From: a virus
Taxonomy: Duplodnaviria > Caudoviricetes
DNA: 64,000 nucleotides
IMG/VR virus record: IMGVR_UViG_3300044842_000203
Span: 32,001 to 96,000 of that record
Reading direction: 5' to 3' (one strand)
The position numbers were made by a program, and so were the translations under genes. Positions 25,406 through 34,484 of the stretch are shown here, piece after piece. Below the pieces are notes generated by a model, which saw only the letters and a list, made by a program, of their open reading frames with translations, searched no databases and was not told where the DNA came from. Every line of letters starts with the position of its first letter. Position 1 is the first letter of the stretch.

Positions 25406-25894
25406 TTATCGCCGCCCGTAGATGCCGGGCCGGGCCGCGGTGTAGGCGTCCCATTCGGCGGAGGTCATGATTTCGTTGGTGATGGGGTGGTGGGCGTGAC
25501 CAAACCAGGATTGGCACTGGTAGCAGGTCATGCGCTCGTCGCCGTGCATGCCGTAGACGCATTCGAGGGTGTCGTCGATTTGCAGAGCGGTGGCGAGGTC
25601 ACCGTCGATAAATGCCTGCCCGCGGCGCTCGTACAGGTCTTCGATGTGCGCGGCGCGGCGTTCTTCGCGTAGACGCTGCTCAGTGATGTGGTAGTGGCAG
25701 CGGTCTTCGCCGGGGGCTTTGGTGTTGTAGCACTCGATGCAGATGTGGGTGAGTTTGACGGCGGGCTCGCACCACCAGCGTTGCATCGGAGGGGTGGAGC
25801 GGCGCGGGCGGTAGTCGGCGGGGTCGTAGGGGATTTGCGCGAACTCGTCGAGCGGGTTGACGGAAGGCTGAGCGGCGTGGCCGGTGGCGTACAT
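25406..25894 (-). CDS. Hypothetical Cys/His-rich protein
   Basis: Downstream of motif promoter 25922-25944. Confidence 0.55.
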   Translation of the reverse strand: MYATGHAAQPSVNPLDEFAQIPYDPADYRPRRSTPPMQRWWCEPAVKLTHICIECYNTKAPGEDRCHYHITEQRLREERRAAHIEDLYERRGQAFIDGDLATALQIDDTLECVYGMHGDERMTCYQCQSWFGHAHHPITNEIMTSAEWDAYTAARPGIYGRR

Positions 25895-25921
25895 GATGTA
25901 CTCGATTCACTTCGGGGCTTG

Positions 25922-25944
25922 CCGGAACAACCACGACCCTACCA
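25922..25944 (-). promoter_or_regulatory. GTTCCGG-motif promoter
   Basis: TGG-TAGGGT-N7-GTTCCGG. Confidence 0.75.
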
Positions 25945-27026
25945 CGATGCTCGGCAGGGTCGCTACTGGGTAACACGGGTGGGTTAGACGCGCTTGGCTT
26001 GACCTTCGATCAGGTGCACGCCGACCGGCTCCCCGAGCGCCGCCACCTCCGACCAGGCGCCCGGATCGGACAGGATCACCTCGGGCGCCGGCCACACGTA
26101 CACCTCGGGCAGTCCCCGGCACGGCCGGTACGGCTGAGTGCGCTGGCCGATCAACTGCACCAAGTCCCACCGCATACGGCGGGACTCCGACCAGCCCACG
26201 GCGGTGCGGCACGACAGGCGCGAGCATTCCCGGCTGAGGTCGAACTCCCAGTGCGCACACCACAGCACTGCTGTGCCAGCGTCCAACTTGGCGCGGATGT
26301 CGTCGGTGATCACAGCAGCACCGTCACGATCGCGGCCACCAGAAGCCATCCGATGTGCCACCACTGCGCAGCGGGATCGAGTGGCCAGTGCATGGGGGTC
26401 TCCTCAGTGGGGCCGGAACAGGGCCTAGCTATTTACCGCGGGTAGCGTGCGTGAGGCTGAATCTCTCACCGGGTACGGCGACGGTGAGCGGGCCACCGTC
26501 AGGCACCCAGAATCGGCGCGAAACCCCGTCGACGGTGCCGGTGATGATGTGCCCACCCTCGGCGGGTGGTTCGGTGGGCAGGTGCCGGCAATGCCCGCAG
26601 TCACAACCAGGCGTGGCCAGTTCGACCAATCTGGTCACAGCATGCGTCCCTTCATGTCGGCTTTGCACAGTCGGTCGATGCGGCGCGCAGCAGCGGCGAT
26701 CTGCTGCACTTCGCTGGTGGGTAGGCGCCGCAGCAAGGCGGCGATCTCCGTGTCCTCAGTTGCCTCGGGCAGCCCGCAGAGGACGTCCTCCGCGCTGATC
26801 TCAGCCGGCCCAGCCATGTCCCCGATCACCTCGTCGAGGCGGGAGTCGGGCATGGCCGGGTCGCACACCCAGCTGAGAACAACGACCACGGGATCAACAC
26901 CGCTAGCAGTGGCGTGGTCGTTGGCCAGGGAGCGGTACAACAGAGCATCCCGCATGGCCCGGATCTCCGTCGCGGATCGAATATCACCAGGACGCACGTG
27001 CTTCCAAGGCAGGTCAGGGGCGCGCA

Positions 27027-28067
27027 TCACCACTCGTCCATTCGGGCTAGTTCCTCAACGCACCTGGCGCAACCGTCGCCTTCGCCGGGGCCGTGACCGT
27101 GGTCGCACCAGCGGCAATATTCGAGCCGGTGACCGTTGGCCTCAATCAGTGGCACGTCGTGTTCGCAGTATTCGTCGTCACGCAATTTGCGCCACTGGTC
27201 AGGGCCAGTTTCGAAGCTGCCGAACCCGGCGCGGTCAGGGTCGGGTGGCACCCATTCCTCAAGCCCAGCTCCCCAGATGATCGGCTGATCGGGGTATTCG
27301 GGCAGATCTGACCAGCGACCGATGAGAATGCCTTCGTAGTGCGGCGCTTCGTCGATCGGTAGCCACGTGACCGGGGACTCGGCGTACGGGGTGGTCCACC
27401 GCACCAGGGCTTTGACCAAAGGCTGGTCTTCGATCCACTCAGCGGCGGGGGTGTCCCACTGGCGGACGCATTCAGCCTCGAACGCAAGTTGCGCCATGTC
27501 GCCGTTGGGGCCAGGCGTGGCCGCGAAAAACCAGTCGGCGCGGGACTTGTACTGCCCGGCGCGCTGGCGCAGCCAGTCGAGTAGGGCTAGCCGGTGGTCG
27601 TGGGTCATGTCGGCGAGCTTCACCGCCACGGTAGGCAGCTGTGCCCGGCCGATCGGACTCAGTCCCGAGCCGGGCCGGTCAGCGACGCGCATACGCCACC
27701 AGGCGCCCTGGTCGAGGAGTTGGTTAATGCTCACCCGCTCCGGCGGTGGACCCACCTCATCGGCGCCTTCCCAGTCGTCCCACTCCAGGTCGTCGGCGAG
27801 CCACGCCCAGTGGCGGGCGGCTTCCCGCGCTTGCCGGTCGGCGGTTTCGCCGGGGGTTTCGGGCTGCCAATCGGTGGCGATGCGCAGGTAATGCCCGTGA
27901 CGTACGGGGGTGAGGGGGTGCTCATCGCTGTTGGGGGTGGTAATGCGAGCGGCGTGCCATCCACTGGTGATGGCTCGCGCGGCTAGCTGGGCGCGCTCAG
28001 GGTCGATGGCCAGCACTCCGGCCAGGGTTTGGGCGATAGTGTTGTTGAGTTCGTTGCGGGCGCTCAT
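27027..28067 (-). CDS. Hypothetical multi-module protein
   Basis: Long ORF with ATGA coupling at 28064-28067. Confidence 0.6.
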   Translation of the reverse strand: MSARNELNNTIAQTLAGVLAIDPERAQLAARAITSGWHAARITTPNSDEHPLTPVRHGHYLRIATDWQPETPGETADRQAREAARHWAWLADDLEWDDWEGADEVGPPPERVSINQLLDQGAWWRMRVADRPGSGLSPIGRAQLPTVAVKLADMTHDHRLALLDWLRQRAGQYKSRADWFFAATPGPNGDMAQLAFEAECVRQWDTPAAEWIEDQPLVKALVRWTTPYAESPVTWLPIDEAPHYEGILIGRWSDLPEYPDQPIIWGAGLEEWVPPDPDRAGFGSFETGPDQWRKLRDDEYCEHDVPLIEANGHRLEYCRWCDHGHGPGEGDGCARCVEELARMDEW

Positions 28068-28302
28068 CGGCGTGTTTCCTTCCAACGTGACCAAGCGGCG
28101 TAAATGAACATCAGCGCCCAGGCGCCGAGGAACGCGGCAATGATCGGGTGACCAGTGGTGGTTTGGCGGTAGGCGAAAAAGGCCATAGCCAGTGCGGCTA
28201 GTCCGTGCACCCACCATCGGGCAGGGCGGGTGGCGCGCTGTTCAGCGGCGGCGGCGCGAGCTTTGAGATAGGCGCGGGCCGTATCGCGGTCGGGCATGCG
28301 GG

Positions 28303-28830
28303 TCATGACGTGTTCCGTTGTGCTTTGAGCGCGGCGGCGAGGGCGGCGTGTAACTGGTCTTTGCCGGGGCCGTCCCATAGGCCCAGCACGTCAGCGGCGG
28401 CGTCGACCATGGCGTCGGTGACGACCGGCTCTACCGGGGTGAAGATGGGCAGGTCGGGCCGGTCGAGGTGACCGACGATGCGTAGTCGCCGTTTTTGCTC
28501 AGGCTGGTCACCGGCTTGCCGAACAACCTCGACGACGGGGCCGCGGCCGAATGAGTTGGTGGCCAGGATGGTGCCCTCGGGCCACGGGAATGCGGCGTTG
28601 AGGGTTTGAGTGTCGTAGCCCATGGCAGGACCGAGTTCGCGGGCGGAGCACACCACGTCTAGGCCGCAGTTGTTGAGATATTCGAAGGCGGCGCGGGCGG
28701 TGGTGGCCCACACGAGGATTTGGCCTTGCCGATGGCGGTTGGGTTCGCCGAGGGCGTCGAGCACGTCGCGGGGCAGCCACGCGGAGCGCGCGAAATCACG
28801 CACCGCGTAAACCTTGAGTTCGCGGGCCAT
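28303..28830 (-). CDS. Hypothetical protein with C-terminal VTDAMV...ALAAAL module
   Basis: GAGGA RBS; shares the module with its neighbour. Confidence 0.6.
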   Translation of the reverse strand: MARELKVYAVRDFARSAWLPRDVLDALGEPNRHRQGQILVWATTARAAFEYLNNCGLDVVCSARELGPAMGYDTQTLNAAFPWPEGTILATNSFGRGPVVEVVRQAGDQPEQKRRLRIVGHLDRPDLPIFTPVEPVVTDAMVDAAADVLGLWDGPGKDQLHAALAAALKAQRNTS

Positions 28831-28832
28831 GG

Positions 28833-29177
28833 CTAGTCCTCTCGGGCGCGCAGAGCAGCAGCCAGTGCGTCACGAATGCGCTGGTCTCGGATGGGGGCTT
28901 CACCTGCGGGGCGGCCTTCATAGGCAAGGGAAAAAGCGCAGACCATGGCGTCGGTGACGATGGGCTCGTCCAGGTCGCCGGGGTTGGCGTGGTTGCATCG
29001 CCAGGCGCAAGAGCCGTCGATGAGTAGCGGCCAGCCGCACACAGCACCACCGTCGGTGATGGCTTCGCATTGCTGATCAATGGTGGGCAGCTCAGTGAAG
29101 GGCACGGCTTCGCCTGCGAGGTAGCGGTTCCACATGAGGCGTTGCGTGGGTGACAGGTGGGACAGATCGGGGTTCAT
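28833..29177 (-). CDS. Hypothetical protein with C-terminal VTDAMV...ALAAAL module
   Basis: GAGGA RBS; shares the module with its neighbour. Confidence 0.55.
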   Translation of the reverse strand: MNPDLSHLSPTQRLMWNRYLAGEAVPFTELPTIDQQCEAITDGGAVCGWPLLIDGSCAWRCNHANPGDLDEPIVTDAMVCAFSLAYEGRPAGEAPIRDQRIRDALAAALRARED

Positions 29178-29383
29178 GGGGTATCAGTAGTCCTCGCCGC
29201 ATTCGATGAGGCTGGCCATGATGGCGGCGGAGCGGCAGGCGCCGCGCCCGCGACGAAAGCCTTTGATGCGGGGGTGCGGGCCGGCGGCGTTGGAGCGGCG
29301 ACGCTCTTGGACCTCGACAACGGGACGGGGGACGGGGCGCATGGTAGGCGCGGACACGATGGTCTCCTGTAGGTAGGACTTGA

Positions 29384-29406
29384 CCGGAACATGGTCGAGC
29401 CTACCA
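29384..29406 (-). promoter_or_regulatory. GTTCCGG-motif promoter
   Basis: TGG-TAGGCT-N7-GTTCCGG. Confidence 0.75.
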
Positions 29407-29421
29407 CGCACCGCCGTGGCG

Positions 29422-29820
29422 TCAACCTGTTGCTTTACCCGAGTCTGTTGGGGATGTCGCGTGCCCGTGCCGGGTACCGGTGCGCCTCTTGCGTTCCATC
29501 TGCGCCACCTCGGGTGGCTGCTCTTGCCCCACGTTGTCGCGGCGACCCAGCTCGACGCGGGCGTCCTGCTGAGTGACGAGATGCATTTCGCGGCGCATGC
29601 CGTTGGGGTCGGCGTATTCCCACTCACCGAGCGGGTCGCAGGTCTCGGGCACGAAGTAGCGCCAGCGTTTCAGCCCGCACGAAGTGCAGTGCGCGCGAGT
29701 GACCCAGACGACGGGCTTTTGAGTGTCGTCGCGTTGCATGGGGGCGGGCCCGTGGTCCCAGGTGTGCTGAAATCCGCGGCAGGTGAGGTTTTGCCGCTGT
29801 GCCTGCATGAGGTCGATCAA
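29422..29820 (-). CDS. Hypothetical Zn-binding actinophage protein
   Basis: CRGFQHTW...CTSCG; motif promoter upstream. Confidence 0.6.
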   Translation of the reverse strand: MIDLMQAQRQNLTCRGFQHTWDHGPAPMQRDDTQKPVVWVTRAHCTSCGLKRWRYFVPETCDPLGEWEYADPNGMRREMHLVTQQDARVELGRRDNVGQEQPPEVAQMERKRRTGTRHGHATSPTDSGKATG

Positions 29821-29858
29821 AGGTTGCTCCTACGGTCCAATTGTCCGGCCGGGTGTGG

Positions 29859-29881
29859 CCGGAACGGTTTTCACCGTAGCG
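29859..29881 (-). promoter_or_regulatory. GTTCCGG-motif promoter
   Basis: CGC-TACGGT-N7-GTTCCGG. Confidence 0.65.
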
Positions 29882-30065
29882 CGGGTTTCCGGGGGAGGGG
29901 ACGGGCCTCGTGTCTGGGGGAGGTCGAGGCCCGTCACTGGGGGCGATCATCATGGAACCGGGTGCCCGTTTGCGGTGGGTGGGCCAGAAACCCGGCGTGT
30001 TCCAGTGTGCACAGATGAAACCGCCCAGCGCGGTGTTGGTGCGCTGGGCGGTCGGTTTGGGGCGG

Positions 30066-30356
30066 TTAGCGGGCGATCTGGACGTAGTTGGTGAGTTTGG
30101 TGATGCCCGTGACGGTTCCCTCAGTAACGAGGTAGGGAGCGGCGGGGCGCAGCTTGCGGCGCACGGCCTCCAGGGAGCGATAGGTGCCATTGCGCTGGCC
30201 TTGCGCGGCCATGGTGCGTTCGACGGCGGCAAGAGCCTCGCGGGGAGTGCCTTCGAAGATGACGTAGGTCTTGCCCTCGGTGATGTAGATGCCTTCGACG
30301 CGGCGCAGAGCACTGATGTTGTGACCGGTGAGCTGACGAACCTTAGTGGTGATCAT
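30066..30356 (-). CDS. Hypothetical protein
   Basis: GTTCCGG leader and GAGAGG RBS. Confidence 0.55.
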   Translation of the reverse strand: MITTKVRQLTGHNISALRRVEGIYITEGKTYVIFEGTPREALAAVERTMAAQGQRNGTYRSLEAVRRKLRPAAPYLVTEGTVTGITKLTNYVQIAR

Positions 30357-30560
30357 TGTTGCCTCTCTCGGATTGTGTGGCCGGAACGGTGGCGGTTAGC
30401 GGGTAGGTGGCTGGTCGCAGTGACACAGCATGAGTTCGCGGAAGTGCAAGTGACCGCTGCCGTAGCGAGGCCGTGAATCGCAGATGATGCAGGCTTCGTT
30501 GAGGGCTACGCCGTGCTCGCACTGAGCTTCGATGTGTTCCATGGTGATGTCTCCTGGTGG

Positions 30561-30583
30561 CCGGAACAGGTCATACACTACCA
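30561..30583 (-). promoter_or_regulatory. GTTCCGG-motif promoter
   Basis: TGG-TAGTGT-N7-GTTCCGG. Confidence 0.75.
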
Positions 30584-30659
30584 GTATCGCGCAGCCACAA
30601 AGTAGCGTTACGCGGCGCGCCACCCGAACAGAGCAGTCACCGCGGGCTACCGTGCGCGC

Positions 30660-30821
30660 ATGATCGCCCTACTTGGCCTCCTGTTCATCCTCTGGATCGT
30701 GTGCATCCTGGTCGGCATCTTCGTCAAAGCCGTCGGATGGCTCCTGATCATCGGCCTCATCGGCCTGGTCATCACCGCACTCGGCGCCGTCGCCCGAGCC
30801 ATCTTCGGATCATCGCGCTAG
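30660..30821 (+). CDS. 53-aa hydrophobic membrane peptide, probably leaderless
   Basis: MIALLGLLFILWIVCILVGIFVKAVGWLLIIGLIGLVITALG...; TACCGT 6 nt before the ATG; counter-oriented; not in the ORF track. Confidence 0.6.
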   Translation: MIALLGLLFILWIVCILVGIFVKAVGWLLIIGLIGLVITALGAVARAIFGSSR

Positions 30822-31763
30822 CCGATTCACCTTCGGCTTAATCCGAATCGGCAAGCTCGGGTCCTTCGGCCACCAATGCGCCGCGATGATGCGCCGCTCC
30901 CTGCGCCGATCCGCACCTGAACCCACCCACACCCACTTCGGGTAATCCTCCACCCACGTGCGGTGCCCTGGCGACGTACCCGTGCCCGGATTGACCACCG
31001 GGGGCGACTTCCGGCGCAGTGTGATCACCGTGACCTCACCGGGTAGCTCTGCGCGAGCCATCCGCCGGGCCTGCGCTCGCGGTGCCCGTTCAATGCTGTG
31101 ATCCGAGAGGGTTTCACCGAGCATCTGCCACAGTGCCAGGATCACCCGGCCGGTGTTGCGGGTAATGAACGCGACATCCCCCTCGGCCTCTACTCGCTGC
31201 CGGTCCAGCTTCGTGGGTTCGAGAACGTTGGGGCCGATGCGCAGCCCCATGGGCATCCAGTAAGAGGAGATACCGTGCCAGCGGCCGACAAAATTGCGGG
31301 TCACCGGATTCATCATGGCGGCGATCTCGTCCGGCTCCCGGTACAGGTCGTTGAACGTTTGCACCAGATAGCCGGGGTGGTTGTCCTGATCGGCGGAAGG
31401 TCCCCACGCCACGACGTGCATGATGATCTGCCGGCCGCGTAGCTCGGTGAACCTGATCGGCTCCTCGAACACGGCGAAACCCCACTTGCGGGGTGGGGCG
31501 GTTTCCTCGTCGAGGCGGGTGGTGTCGCGCATGTCGACAGCGCGCAGGTCGATGGGTGCGGTCATGTTCGCGGTGACCCAGTAGGGGCGGGCGTCGCGCA
31601 GGTTGCGGGCGATCACGTGGGCGATGTGGCCGCCGGGCCGGACCACGCTGTCTAGCTCGGCAACCTTGTCGAGGTATTCGGCGAGGCGAGTGGAACGCCC
31701 GTCGCCCAGCGTCTCAACGAGGTCGAGGTGCTGGGCGAGGACGTCGAGGGCGGTGAGCTTCAC
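30810..31763 (-). CDS. Conserved actinophage hypothetical protein
   Basis: PYWVT..M, GFAVFEEPI, VITLRR, HRTWV...IIAAHW; GTG 31763 overlaps the upstream stop. Confidence 0.65.
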   Translation of the reverse strand: MKLTALDVLAQHLDLVETLGDGRSTRLAEYLDKVAELDSVVRPGGHIAHVIARNLRDARPYWVTANMTAPIDLRAVDMRDTTRLDEETAPPRKWGFAVFEEPIRFTELRGRQIIMHVVAWGPSADQDNHPGYLVQTFNDLYREPDEIAAMMNPVTRNFVGRWHGISSYWMPMGLRIGPNVLEPTKLDRQRVEAEGDVAFITRNTGRVILALWQMLGETLSDHSIERAPRAQARRMARAELPGEVTVITLRRKSPPVVNPGTGTSPGHRTWVEDYPKWVWVGSGADRRRERRIIAAHWWPKDPSLPIRIKPKVNRLAR

Positions 31764-32209
31764 TTCTCGTCTTTGCCGGGCACGTACACGATGCCGTCGC
31801 GCAGGTGCTCGGGAATGAGGCGTTCCAGCTTGAATGCCTCGTAATCGCGAGCATCGTAGGCGACCATTCGCGGGTCCTGGTCGAGACCGTACTCGCGGGC
31901 CCATCCGGCGACGCTGACCTCGACGGTGCCGCCGACGCGGATGCGCACCACCTGGTCGCGCACGACGCAGGGCTGCTCACCGGATTCGACGGAGATGCGG
32001 ATGCAGCCGGCCTCGGGACGCTCGTCGTCGGCGTCGACGGAGATGGTGCCCATGAACCATCCGTTGCTGTAGCAGACGTACCAGGTGGCGTCGTCTTTCG
32101 CCTTCCAGGTGCCGTCGGTGTGCTCGACGTCGAGGGTGAACTTGTCGCCTTCGCCGAGCTGTTTGACGGTGCGGGCGCGGTCGCGGTAGCGGATGACGGT
32201 GGTGGGCAT
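31760..32209 (-). CDS. Hypothetical protein
   Basis: Motif promoter and GAGGAGG RBS. Confidence 0.65.
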   Translation of the reverse strand: MPTTVIRYRDRARTVKQLGEGDKFTLDVEHTDGTWKAKDDATWYVCYSNGWFMGTISVDADDERPEAGCIRISVESGEQPCVVRDQVVRIRVGGTVEVSVAGWAREYGLDQDPRMVAYDARDYEAFKLERLIPEHLRDGIVYVPGKDEK

Positions 32210-32225
32210 GATGCCTCCTCAAGGG

Positions 32226-32248
32226 CCGGAACGGTTTACAGCCTACCA
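32226..32248 (-). promoter_or_regulatory. GTTCCGG-motif promoter
   Basis: TGG-TAGGCT-N7-GTTCCGG. Confidence 0.75.
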
Positions 32249-32650
32249 GGAGTAGGGTACTGCGGTTGGTGGTTACGCCATCTGGTGTAGTGAACGGGTG
32301 ACACTCACCGTTGCGTTAGTGCTCGATTACAAGAACCTGGGTGGCCTAATCGCGTCACTCGCGAGCATCTTGATTGCCTGCCTGGGTCTCGTGATGCTCA
32401 ATGACTGGGATCGACCCAAGCAAGAGCGTGAGGCATACCGGCCTACGAACAGTCGGGGGACTGTCCATGAGCGAGCAAGGCCAGACCAGCGGTGAGCCCA
32501 TCTTGAGTTCGGAACTTCCCTACGATCTACCCGCGCCCCGCTCGGGCAGGGACTACCAGGTGTGGCTAGCTGAGGTGCATGACGGCTGCCACGGGTGTCT
32601 CGACGCGCCGGTGGACTAGCCGGGCCCGGTGAGGGGCCCGGCGTCGCGCG

Positions 32651-33187
32651 TCACCAGGGTTTGCTGGCGCAGATGTCGCCCATGCCGCGGGCGCGGGAGT
32701 CGGGGTTGGTGAGCGGCAGTGAGCAGCGTCCGCAGACTCCGAGCTTGAGCCCGTAGTCGGTGCATGCCTGCTGCGGGTCGGCGGCGATTTTGCGCAGTAC
32801 GCCGTACTCGACGTCGCGCGGAAGACTGTGGAAGGTGCTGGACAGCTGGATGTGCACGACGGGCACGCCTCGGCTGTTGCGCTTGACGCGGTAGAAAGCG
32901 TATTCACCAGCGTCGTTGAGTACGGCGTAGCGGCCGTCGGGCACGCGCGCGAACTGGTCGGTGGTGCGCTGCGCGGGGATGTTGCCCAGGGTGTTGTCGC
33001 GGGCGTCGAGCAGCATTTTGATCATGTCGGCGGCGAGGTTGACGTCGAAGCTGTGGGCGAGCCAGGCCTTGTTCATCGCCGCGCGGGTTTCGTCGAGGGT
33101 GTGTCCGCGGGATTCGAGCAGGGCGAGTAGGTAGCGGATGTCGTCGAGCTGCTCTTTGGTGGCGGCGGAGGCAGTGGCAGTGCTCAT
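32651..33187 (-). CDS. DUF6011-like Zn-finger phage protein
   Basis: VPDGRYAV...YGLKLGVCGRCSLPLTNPDSRARGMGDICA. Confidence 0.75.
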   Translation of the reverse strand: MSTATASAATKEQLDDIRYLLALLESRGHTLDETRAAMNKAWLAHSFDVNLAADMIKMLLDARDNTLGNIPAQRTTDQFARVPDGRYAVLNDAGEYAFYRVKRNSRGVPVVHIQLSSTFHSLPRDVEYGVLRKIAADPQQACTDYGLKLGVCGRCSLPLTNPDSRARGMGDICASKPW

Positions 33188-33206
33188 GGTTTTCATCTCC
33201 TGGTGA

Positions 33207-33228
33207 CCGGAACGGGTCTAGCCTAGCG
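33207..33228 (-). promoter_or_regulatory. GTTCCGG-motif promoter
   Basis: CGC-TAGGCT-N6-GTTCCGG. Confidence 0.65.
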
Positions 33229-33349
33229 AGAGTTTTGCAGCTGCACAACTCTCGCCCGGTGTATCGGCCACCCACCACCCCTCGTTACTGGGTGGCTACA
33301 AAACAAACGGGCCCCCGCCGAAGCGGAGACCCGTTGCCGAGCAGCTGGA

Positions 33350-33517
33350 TCAGTACCAGCGGTCTTCCCAGCAGCGCCGACGGTTGTTCCACTCCCAGTG
33401 GTGCCAGTGCCAGCGGTGATCGCGGCCCAGGCCACGGTGCCAGGTGCCAGGGTGATCGCGCCAATCGTTGCGATCCCAGTCCCGCCGACCGGCGGTGAAA
33501 ACGTCAGCAACCTTCAT
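33350..33517 (-). CDS. 55-aa Trp/Arg/His-rich peptide
   Basis: MKVADVFTAGRRDWDRNDWRDHPGTWHRGLGRDHRWHWHHWEWNNRRRCWEDRWY; GAGGGAG RBS; downstream hairpin 33306-33335; not in the ORF track. Confidence 0.6.
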   Translation of the reverse strand: MKVADVFTAGRRDWDRNDWRDHPGTWHRGLGRDHRWHWHHWEWNNRRRCWEDRWY

Positions 33518-33599
33518 GCTGCTCCCTCTCGGTGTGCACTTCCCGACGCAGAGTCATCGGTACCCGCCGTTCTCTCGTTACCCACCATCCGCTAGGAAG

Positions 33600-33751
33600 A
33601 CACATCACGAGCCCGACCGGTGGGGAAGATTGGCCGGGCTCGTGACTACACGGAAAGACGGGATAGTGCTCTCGATAGACCTCCTCTCTCGGCGCCCCCT
33701 GGCAGACGGGCGCCGCGTCGACTAGCCAGGCTTGAGGCCAAGGACCGGAAC
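33600..33751 (-). ncRNA. Candidate structured RNA/leader from a motif promoter with no start codon
   Basis: Promoter 33745-33767, hairpin CGGCGCCC..GGGGCGCCG, GAGGAGG without an ATG/GTG, and a 14-bp hairpin at 33605-33645 with a C-rich loop. Confidence 0.35.
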
Positions 33752-33767
33752 GGGCCACAGCCTACCA
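33745..33767 (-). promoter_or_regulatory. GTTCCGG-motif promoter
   Basis: TGG-TAGGCT-N7-GTTCCGG. Confidence 0.75.
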
Positions 33768-33777
33768 TGTCATTCGG

Positions 33778-34395
33778 TTAAGCGGTCAACAGCTTCACGT
33801 TGCGTCGACCCAGCTCAATCGCCACCACCGTGAGCAAGATGCCGATCAGCACGCTGGCCACGCCATCCCACACCGCTGAACCGGTGGCGATGCGCAGGCC
33901 GATACTGGCCAGCGCGAGCACACAACCGAGGATGTCCGCGCCGTCCTCCAGAACAACGGTGACCAGCGCAAGCTCATCGGTTTCACGCAGGTAGGCCAAC
34001 CACGGGCGGCCATTGCGCTTGGCGGCCAGCTCACCCCGTGCACCGGCCAGGCTGTAGGACTCCATGGCGATGCACACGACGAGCACGCCGACGCTGACCC
34101 AGGTGAGGGTGTCGGTGACCTGGGCGCCGAGCAGGGCGTTGATGCCGTCGCGGATGGCGAACATGCCACCGGCAAAGAAGATGTTGACCGCGGCGAGCAG
34201 CGCCCAGGCGTACTGCGCTTTGCTCCACCGTTGGGCGTGCGCGTCGCCGGCCAGCAGGAGCACCTCGGACATCGTGTCGGCGAGGCTGTGGAAGCCTTCG
34301 GAGGTCATCGCGGCGGAGCCGGTGACGGTGCCGAGGGCGAGTTTGCCGGTGGCGATGCTGGCGTTGACGGTGAAGGCGCGCCACAGGGCACTCAT
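33778..34395 (-). CDS. Cation diffusion facilitator transporter, membrane domain only
   Basis: NASIATGKL...TGSAAMTSEGFHSLAD, VVLED.AD..G, WDGVASVLIG; ends where the cytosolic domain would start. Confidence 0.85.
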   Translation of the reverse strand: MSALWRAFTVNASIATGKLALGTVTGSAAMTSEGFHSLADTMSEVLLLAGDAHAQRWSKAQYAWALLAAVNIFFAGGMFAIRDGINALLGAQVTDTLTWVSVGVLVVCIAMESYSLAGARGELAAKRNGRPWLAYLRETDELALVTVVLEDGADILGCVLALASIGLRIATGSAVWDGVASVLIGILLTVVAIELGRRNVKLLTA

Positions 34396-34460
34396 CGTTG
34401 ATCACTCCTGGTGCGGGTAGGGCCGGAACACCCTATGTATCGGCCGGAACAAGGCATGCG

Positions 34461-34484
34461 TTACTTTGCAGCTACACAACTAGT
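34461..34484. repeat. 24-bp repeat copy 2 (operator-like)
   Basis: Identical to 23622-23645; the flanking TGTATC..GGCCGGAACA is also shared. Confidence 0.8.
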
